DNA of 64,000 bases from Auanema rhodensis (lineage: Eukaryota > Animalia > Nematoda), in NCBI GenBank assembly GCA_964057225.1, contig OZ059896.1, positions 6,758,001 to 6,822,000 of the forward strand. Direction: 5' to 3'. The position numbers were made by a program, and so were the translations under genes. This document shows positions 54,928 through 64,000 of this stretch, in pieces; the first letter of the stretch is position 1; every line of letters starts with the position of its first letter. The notes under the pieces were generated by a model, which saw only the letters and a list, made by a program, of their open reading frames with translations, was not told where the DNA came from and ran no database searches.

Positions 54928-55432
54928 AATTTGTATATAAAATTAACTGTAAAATACTATTTCTTCTGTGATATACATAATTACCTCAGGTTAGATTGGA
55001 TATCCTAATTTATCAGATAAATTTTTTTCACTTGAACTGCGTTTAAATGTAGACCAATACTCATATTTGCTTTATCGATTTTTGGTATTGCTGCCGCTGG
55101 ACAGGTAGATGTGTGTGTCAAATAGGAGGAAATCGACCTTATTAATTTTACGTGATATATTCCAATATTCGTTATTATTTGATTGTTGAATAAATATGTT
55201 ATTTTGCAATTATATATATATATATATATATAAACATATTTGTACTACGTTTTTTTTGGAGTAGTTTTGAAATGTTATAACTATTTGTCAGAAATTGAAA
55301 CATGATTTGATTAATTTTGTTACTAATTGCTGCCATCAATGGAAATTGTTTTGAGTAAATAAATTTTGTATCATTAATTTTTGCTACCTCATTTCTAAAT
55401 TCTTATAATACAGTCGCAAATGTTGTTTCAAT

Positions 55433-55446
55433 GTTACCATAGTGAC
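55433..55446. promoter_or_regulatory. Candidate X-box
   Basis: GTTACCATAGTGAC (minus strand GTCACTATGGTAAC) fits the consensus, about 670 bp upstream of the TRPA ATG. Confidence 0.5.
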
Positions 55447-56113
55447 GATATGCGTTTGTTGACCTACTAAATTTTTATATAAAATTTATATTTCTTTGAA
55501 TCTTGGCAATTTGTGTTAGAAAGTTTATAATATATAACATTTTTCGAGTATAGTATCCGTATTCATTGATAAATGTTTGCTATAAGTACATATTCTGATG
55601 ATTCACATTTTTTGCTCTGGCTGTCAATTGTTATTACAGTATAGTTGAATTTGTTTCATAATATATATTTATAGAGTATATAGATTAGTAATTTGGATAA
55701 GGTTTGTATCGCTTGAATATGTGTTTCATATCTATATATATATATGTGTGTGTGTTTTAAAAATGGAAATCGTATTCAATCAAAATTTTTAAATAATATT
55801 CGTTTTGAGTTAAAATGCGAAGCTAAATAATTAGTCAAAAGAATCGGAATACGACCACAATTTTTATAACGAAACTATATACTCTTGATTATTCAATTAT
55901 GAATTTATTCGGTTTTAGTAGTAAAGTTCATATAGGACAGGTGAAGCTTTGAAGTTTTTTTCATTGAAAATTGAATATTATGCATTTTTTAATTCATAGA
56001 ATAGTTTAGTAGAAACCAAATTTTCATATATAACTAAAGTCTCAAAATTGAAGTTTATTTTTACTTCTTTATTTTTTGTAACTCTTGTAAACGTTTTACT
56101 TCGGTTCATTCAG

Positions 56114-58539
56114 ATGAATGGAGAACAATTTCCTCTGATTGATGATACCGCTAGAGAAGATGCTAGTGGAAATTTAGATTTGGGAGATGGAGGTGGAGCA
56201 ATACCTCGAAGATTATCAGTTCTTCATAGTAGGTTGAAATTTAAAAATTTTGTTCATCTCATATTAATTTTTAAATTAATAGCCAATATTAAATCATATT
56301 GTTATATTTCCAGGTCCTAAAAATATTCAAAACATTAGTGAAGAAAATGCTAGATCATTAATTCATCAGGTAAGCTTGAATGATGAAAAAAATTGTCTAT
56401 TATTTAAAATAGTGGCAATATATAAGTTTTTGTAGTCGGCTAGAAATGGAAAATTGTCATCTTTACGGGATAATTTAGACCTTCATCCTGACGTTATCAA
56501 TAATAAAGATCAAGATGGTGTATGTATAAATCTATATTTTACTAAATACAAGTACAATTCGTTTAGTTCACAGCTTTACATTACTCTTGCCGTTATGGCC
56601 ATGCAGATATTGCTAAATATCTTCTAAAACAAGGTGCAGATCCAAATATAGTAAGTGGATCGAAACTAACTGCTTTACATATGGTAGCTAAATATGGAAG
56701 AGATGAAGGAAGTAGATCATCTCCAGAAAGAGGTAATAGTTCCGAAATTTGAGTAATATAAATTCATTTTGATATAGAAATGCCAACGGAACAAGGAGAA
56801 AGTAGTACTGAAACTATTATTAACGCTTTAATAAATAACGGAGCGTACGTTTATAAAATATTTATGATATGATATACTGGTGTATTGATAATACAGACTT
56901 GTTAATGTTGGAGATGAATATGCTCTAACACCTCTTCATTATACTGCTATGAAAGGAAATGTAACTGCAGCCAAAGCATTATTGAAACATGGAAGAGTGA
57001 ATGATAAAATCAGTGTTAAAGTATGAAAAACTTGATAGCTTAATATAAAATCAATTTTGTTTTAGATTGAAGATAGTCACAACATGACACCGTTATTGAC
57101 AGCTTGTGTTTATGGGGCTGACGAGATTGTCTCGTTGCTTCTACAGGAAGGAGCCGATTTTCGATATGAAACAAATGCAAAAAACAGAGGAACTCTTTCA
57201 GCTTTGCATATAGCTGCTGAACATGGAAACGCACGAACATTGAAAATTTTATTGGAAACAGGTTTTTTAAATTTATCATATTGTTTTATTCATGATTGAT
57301 TCAGCGGGAAAAGATGATGACTATGAAGCATTGTTAAAAATGCCGAATAATGAAGGGAAAACACCTTTGTATCTAGCTGTTGAAGGGAATCATCCAATGA
57401 CTACACGAGAAATTCTAAATAAAGTTTATGAAAAAAGTACTGGTAGTAAACAGTTAGTATTACAAGGGTATGCAAGGGTATCAAATACATATGTTAATAT
57501 TAGTCTTTTTTTTGTAGTAAAGAGCAGTGGCTTATTCATTTAACAGCAGAAAGAGGATATTTGGATGTTTTGAAAATTTTAGTAGAGGTAATACATTTTT
57601 TTTGTTATTATAAAAGAACAAATTGTTGCTAGAGTGGAGCTGATTACAAGTTACAAGATGAGGATGAACGTTTACCAATTCATATGGCAGCTATGAATAA
57701 TCATTATCTAGTTGTTGAATTCTTGCTTGATCAAGATGTAAAGTTTTCAAGTAGACATCGTGATTTATACCAATTTTAGGAAACAATGAAAGAAGCAAAA
57801 GATGAGAGAGGTTTTACTCCATTACTACATGCTGTTAGTTTTCATGATTCCATCGACGTATTAAAGGTATCAAACGCAACATTGATTATTTTTATAGAAA
57901 TCTAATTAATTTGAAGACTTTAATTAAACGATCTGCGGATTTGAGAGTAACAGATAATGAAGGACGTACTATGGTGTTTATCGCAGCAAAGTTTAATTCA
58001 AGACGATGCCTTGAGGTTTGTTATATGATTTCTTAACGAAACACTGAAAATCACTTTTAAAGTTTATATTGGAGCTGATTAAAGAACGAAGATGTACGAA
58101 AAAAACTTTTTCTCTTCGTTTGCCTGCTGCTGCAAGGAGCTTGGATGACATGGTAAACCATCAGGATCACAATCAAGACGCACCTATGCATATAGTATGC
58201 GGCAATGGCTATTTGGAAGTTTGTCAGGTACAACAAGAGAGTCTATCAATGTTTAAAAAAACTAAGTTGTTTTAGTTATTACATGAACATGGAGCTTTGA
58301 TTGATATTTTGAACGAAGATGAGGAAGCTCCTATTCATCAAGCTGCCATGCGCGGACGTACAGATGTTTGTAAGTTGCATTTCAACAGCAAATGTTTAGA
58401 AAAAACATTTATTGTGATATATTACAATTTTAATTTGTATGATTTGTTTTAGTGAGACAGCTAATACAATGGGATAGACGATTAGTGACTGCTAAAGATG
58501 AAAAGGGCTATACCCCACTACATTTGGCTGCTCAAGATG
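56114..58539 (+). CDS. trpa-1: TRPA-family channel, N-terminal ankyrin-repeat exons (partial; TM region not found in the window)
   Basis: RSLIHQSARNG resembles the TRPA-1 N-terminus as I recall it. More than 12 ankyrin repeats follow (TALHYSCRYGH, TPLHYTAMKGN, SALHIAAEHGN, TPLYLAVEGNH, TPLHLAAQD). The last recognisable exon ends at a GT donor at ~58540. Confidence 0.75.
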
Positions 58540-59189
58540 GTTAGTGAGCATAATTTTTATTCTTCAAAGAAAAATACACTGATATTAAAAAAATGTTGAA
58601 CATAAACTAAAGCATTTAAAGGCTTCTGTCTTGAAAAGTTTGATAACCAGAGAACCTTGAAATACTTTGCTTGGTTTTTTATCAGTATTCATTATCAAGA
58701 TGTAGCTAATAGCATGAAGAAATAATCGTAAATTGAACGATTATGAAACGGAAGCTTGGGGGAAATTTTAGATAATTTCTTGGCAAGTTAGTAAGAAAGA
58801 TTAGTTTTGTTTTATTTACAAGGGAAATGAAATAGAATAGATATATGTTAATAGAAAATATTTCCAAACAATGGACAAAATTAACAAATTTATTTCTTAA
58901 CACAATACTGAGGCTTTAGTTGCCATGTGTCGTATACTTTGGTTTTAAAATATACTATGCTATTTATATCCATAAAGCTTATGTTTGTTTAAATCCGATC
59001 GATTCAATTCTTATATCTTCTGATATGAGTTTGTTTCATTTATCTACAGTATTTAATTTAATCTCTTGCTCCTCAATTGCTTGGGTTAGCTTATAAAATT
59101 TCTGATGCATGTTTATTCACCGCAAAAGAAAACGAGATTGAGTGTTGAGATATTGAGAAAAGGTTAATCTATATCATATCCACCTTCAT

Positions 59190-59192
<3 letters not shown>

Positions 59193-59251
<59 letters not shown>

Positions 59252-59252
59252 C
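59193..59252. repeat. (CT)n microsatellite
   Basis: Visible run. Confidence 0.95.
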
Positions 59253-59323
59253 TCTTTTTTCTCTCCCTTTATGCTTACAAATTAATTTTCTATATACTTG
59301 CGCTTTTCAAGCTTTCTGCCACT

Positions 59324-59337
59324 GTTGCCATGAGAAC
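59324..59337. promoter_or_regulatory. Candidate X-box inside the TRPA intron
   Basis: GTTGCCATGAGAAC matches GTHNYY-AT-RRNAAC. Confidence 0.4.
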
Positions 59338-59720
59338 AATATTCTCACTACTACTATATTCATATATAATATTTAGATAAATACGGAAGAAAATTGAATT
59401 TGATGTAAAATTTTCAAATACAAGGAAATATATTTGATAACTAATCAATAAATATAAATTATTATTATCACATACACATGTAATCATAACGGTTTCTATT
59501 TATAAACGCTTTTTATATTCTAAAAACCCTTTCATTTCAGATTGTTTTCTGTAATGTATGAGAAATAGAGACGTTTACTCATTTTAATTTTATTGAATCA
59601 AAAAGGTTTTATTACGTTTTTCTCTCCTAATGTAAATTCTCTTAATGATCATCAAATCATTCAAGATATTTGTTTTAATTTTATGTTCTAAATCTGTATC
59701 TCCTCTCCCTCTTTCTCTCT

Positions 59721-59721
<1 letters not shown>

Positions 59722-59790
<69 letters not shown>
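59722..59790. repeat. (CT)n(AT)n compound microsatellite
   Basis: Visible run. Confidence 0.95.
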
Positions 59791-59793
<3 letters not shown>

Positions 59794-62713
59794 TCATATT
59801 GTAGAAAGTAACTAAGCTAACAATGAAGTAGAGGAAAGACACAGAAACATAGCATAATGCTGTTAACTGGACATTCCATCATCGATTGGTATCTAGTGAA
59901 TGTCCAGCTGAAAAAGGAGAAGAAAGAGCATTAATTAACCTAATTAGATGCCTATTCCCTTCACATATCCGGCTCACACCAAATAAACTAGGATACAAGA
60001 GGCCTTTGAATGCTTGAAAACAGAGAAAACGGAATACTCCTGACTGGATATGTGTCTACAGCTACTTTTCTTTGGTATCAGCAATATATTAAGCAGATCT
60101 TTGATACCCATAAATGAAATAATGTACTATTTGGCTATATGCGAACTTTAAAATTGATATTATGAATTGTATTGAAATTTTCAATTCAAAATCTTTTATG
60201 CTAGACTCTATAAGTCAGATGTACTGTTTGGAAGATATATTGAACATTCATATATGACCATGCATGTACAGATGTACTAAAAGATGGTACCGTACAATAG
60301 ATTGAGTTGAACGGAACAAAGAAAACGAGGTGATTCCGATAAAGAAATAGGGTTAGGCGATTAGTGGAAAAGAAAGACAGATGTTCTTATTCTTGTCTTA
60401 GTGCTTGCCATCAAGTAGCCAAGTAAAGCCTCTTTATTCCTCTCCTTTTCCGTCATCTAATTGCCTCTATTCTTTTGACTTCAAATCAAGATTGACATAA
60501 ATTTTTCGAAAAGAAAAAGAATTTGACTCCTTCACTTAAACCTTCTGCCATTTTGACAATTTCTATTCTGCTTTCATCAAATGCTTCGAAACTGTTTGGA
60601 CCATTTCTTGTTTCTTGATTTTTTTTGGAAGCGATGAAGTGAATGGGATTCATATAGAGCATATTCTTGAAGTTCATTCATAGTCGGAAGCCCCTTTACC
60701 AAATAAGCACAGAAATAGAGAAAAAGTAATGAGGATAGACAGATAGTGAATGAGATAGATAGACAATTGGAAAGCCAATGAGAGAGCAGGAGGAAGAGAA
60801 GAACTAAAAGAGTAGAGTAAAATATGTAGGAAAAGAGATGATGAAGAGAAAGTGGGGAAAAGCTCAACGTAGAGAGTAAGATGAGAGAGAGCTAGTTAGA
60901 AAGAGATAAAGAAAAAAGAGATAGAAAGTAGAAACAGGAGAATGGAGAAGCAACATAGCTCTCAACTATAAATGAATGCAGCGTGCGTCTATCACTTATC
61001 GGATTAGCCTCATATGGAGTGTTCAATTATACGCGCCCCGCGGCTTGGATTAACCTTACCCACTCGATTACAATCTGCTTCAATCGGTTTTACTGAAGCT
61101 TCAAGCCGACTAATCATAAAGCTCACCAAGCGGGAATATATCATAAGATAAAATTTTTCTTGCTAATTACTAATATTTGGAGAAATTGTCCGAACAAGCT
61201 GGCAGCTGCTCTTATTTTTATATTTTGTTTTGGCTCAAATGATATAAAACAAGAATAATGCTGCTGTTTTTCAACTATCAAGCCAATGCCCATAAGAAAA
61301 ATCAGAAGTTAAAGCAGAACAACTACAATTAGAAAATCGAATATCTTATAACATATTGGAGTTTATATAATTAAAAATTAAAAATTCTATAGGTTATTTA
61401 ATTAATTTTGCAATACTATACAAAAGAAAATGTAGAAATACTAAATAGTACACATAATGCTTGTCTTAAGATATATCCTGGATGCTTCATATTTTCATTT
61501 GAAAGTGATCAATCGAGTAATTAATTTTTTTCTATTTGGTCGAAATATGTGATTCCAATACAAGTAATTAAATCGTTTAACTTCTAATCGGTTTCATGGA
61601 AACATCTGTTATATCGACTAGAGGTCTCATCACGCAATCGCTTGACACATGGTCAACCTTAAGGTCTGCAATGTTGGAAAAAACAAGCAACCCACATTAG
61701 AGAAAACCTATACTTTTCTTTTTTTACACTGAATAACTTGAATAATATAGTCAAAGCATAAACAACAGTACTATAATTATATAAATTAATATTAATGACA
61801 TCATTCTCAAAATATACTTAATGGTATAAATACAAAAGAAAGAAAAATATTTCGTCTTGCTCTTTTTGTTCTAAAACTCATCAATCTCATTTATCTAGCA
61901 AATGTATTGAATTCACAAGCCCACAAGTCATATGTGTCAATCATGATCATTAAGGCTAAATTGGGATTACCTGTCGTCAGGTCTAAGTTCTCATGACCAG
62001 ATTTTGTTCATCTTGATCATTATGAGCTCATCAATAACTATATATGTATCTAGATATAGGATTATAATAATATTTAACTATAGCAGATTGAATTAGAATT
62101 CGAAAATAGAATGAAATTAAGCAGTTCATTGTTTGACTTTCTTGAAAAACTTCTGAATGCTGATGAATATACATGCATGGATGTGTATATGTATCATTTA
62201 TATCTTTTATTCATATAGTTAGTAAGTGATAATTGCATTAAATCTTTTCATTGTAGTTATTAAATTCTCTTTCACCTTTTCACGTTTCCTTTCAAAATAA
62301 TGCTTCACCAAAACTCATAACTTTTGCTTTTTATATTAAAATATCTAAAAATACATTTGCTCAAACATGAAGAAACTTGAATTAAAGAAGTTAAATCATA
62401 GAGAAATGTGAACTCAGTACATACATATAAATTCATAAATGTAACTGATATTCTGCATAGTCTCTCTCTTTCTCTTTTCCATATGAACTTTATAATTTTT
62501 GAAATGTAAATAGTTCATAATACCATTCTATTCTCGCTATCTCAGCTCATTCACAATATATAACTATCTTGTTAAGCTTTTCTCATACAAGTTACCATGA
62601 CTATCATGCCTTCCTTAGATATACACAAATAGGTAACTGAAAGATATTTTTTTCTCTTTAAATATATAAATAAATGAATCTGTATATATATATATTTATA
62701 TATTGTGCTTTAT

Positions 62714-62833
<120 letters not shown>

Positions 62834-64000
62834 GTTTTGCCCAATTCTCTTAGTATCTCTAAATTTTATATATTCTCTAAATGGCTCCTCCTATGTCCAA
62901 TATAAGCGTTGGCGAGTCTCATGATGCTCCGCCCACCGTCGCCCTGCCATTCGCTGTCGCACCGCTCGACGAACGGACGTCGTCTTTACGTGCTCCTACT
63001 TCGCCTATTTCTACTTCCTTCCAAATCCCCTGATTTCATCGTCGGATAAAAGGTTTTACACATCCTCTAGTGTGATAATACTTTAACCTCTTTGTCCCTC
63101 CATAATAAACATCGATCCTGTTATTTTTCTAAGCAAATTAATTTTGTAAATTGAAATCAGTTCCATCTACCTTACCACCATTATCGTCATCATCGTCTAC
63201 TGCTGTCTATAGTTAATAGGAACATCTAGTCCAACTGCACGTTGATAAGTTTTTTTTCTTTTTATGGATATATGTATAAGTAACGATGAAGTTAGAAAGC
63301 TTCATGTATCGAGGTTTCATCTACTTGTTGACCAAGATCATCTTTGCCGTCGTCGCCTTCTATGTCGTTGTGCCGTATCGATTGTGAAGGGGCTGCCGCC
63401 GGCAGTCTTCTCGTAGTGGGCAGAAACGAAAGAAGTAGAAGAGAGTAAGGCGGATATGCCGTACAGAGAAAGAGCACCAGAGAAAAAGAGAAAGAGAATA
63501 AGTGAGAATATCGAGAGAGAGAGAACAACAATAGGAGAGACGGAGGGAAGAGAGGTTTGGCCAACCCGCTGGCTATTCAGGGCTGTCTGGGCATTGCGAG
63601 ACTGCAATGGCATGGGCCCCGTTTACTTGCTCCCACTCTCTTCTTATTCGCTAACTTTCTAGCCCTTCTCTTACTGCCAGAGGAATTTCTTCTCATTTCT
63701 ACTATCATTGTTAAACAGGGATCCCTTTTTGGTAAAATCCATTTTATAGGCATTCTCACGTCGCATTTGCCCAGATTCGAGCTCTGAGTTATATCTCTGT
63801 TCAAAATCAATCTCATTGCTCTATCTCTTATTATATTTATGTTTTATGTTCAATCTCTATGCCTTATACGCAGGTGTTGGCTTAAGATTTTTAAGCAGCA
63901 GGAGATAATGCTTGCCAAATGCATCGTCACCTTCTTATACATACAAGGTCACCCAGAATTGCCGGTACTAAAAGTAATGCGACTTAGAAAAAGGAAATAA

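Noticed and set aside
59866-59909. Hairpin CTGGACATTC...GAATGTCCAG as a miRNA precursor
   Set aside because: The perfect stem is only about 10 bp and the total about 45 nt, too short for a pre-miRNA. No known mature sequence was recognised.
63874-64000. Next TRPA exon at the window end
   Set aside because: Both candidate acceptors lead to early stops and do not continue the ankyrin consensus.

Overview
AT-rich eukaryotic DNA, almost certainly from a nematode: introns are about 45-50 nt, TTTCAG/TTTTAG acceptors sit directly in front of several ATGs (trans-splicing-like), and the gene set is C. elegans-like. Bases 1-~20007 are about 100 copies of a 200-bp satellite with sub-family domains and higher-order duplications; all ORFs called there are repeat artefacts. 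The array ends abruptly at a hairpin, a GC-rich 36-bp minisatellite and a degenerate tRNA-like element. The remaining 43 kb is gene-dense. It holds two tandem UDP-glucuronosyltransferases (-), an MGC-starting adenylate-kinase-like gene (+), tectonic (-) with an X-box, a multi-MAM secreted protein (+), uba-1 (-), a 63-aa lysine-rich H1-tail-like protein (+), a secreted mucin/coiled-coil/Cys-rich protein (-), PP2A catalytic subunit (+), a MOB protein (+) and the ankyrin half of a TRPA channel (+). Gene models were spliced by eye and coordinates are ATG-to-stop spans including introns. No clearly new system is proven. The best leads are the satellite/gene boundary, the templated-insertion junction in the array, the UGT conversion tract, four X-boxes, and unusual 3' splice sites.
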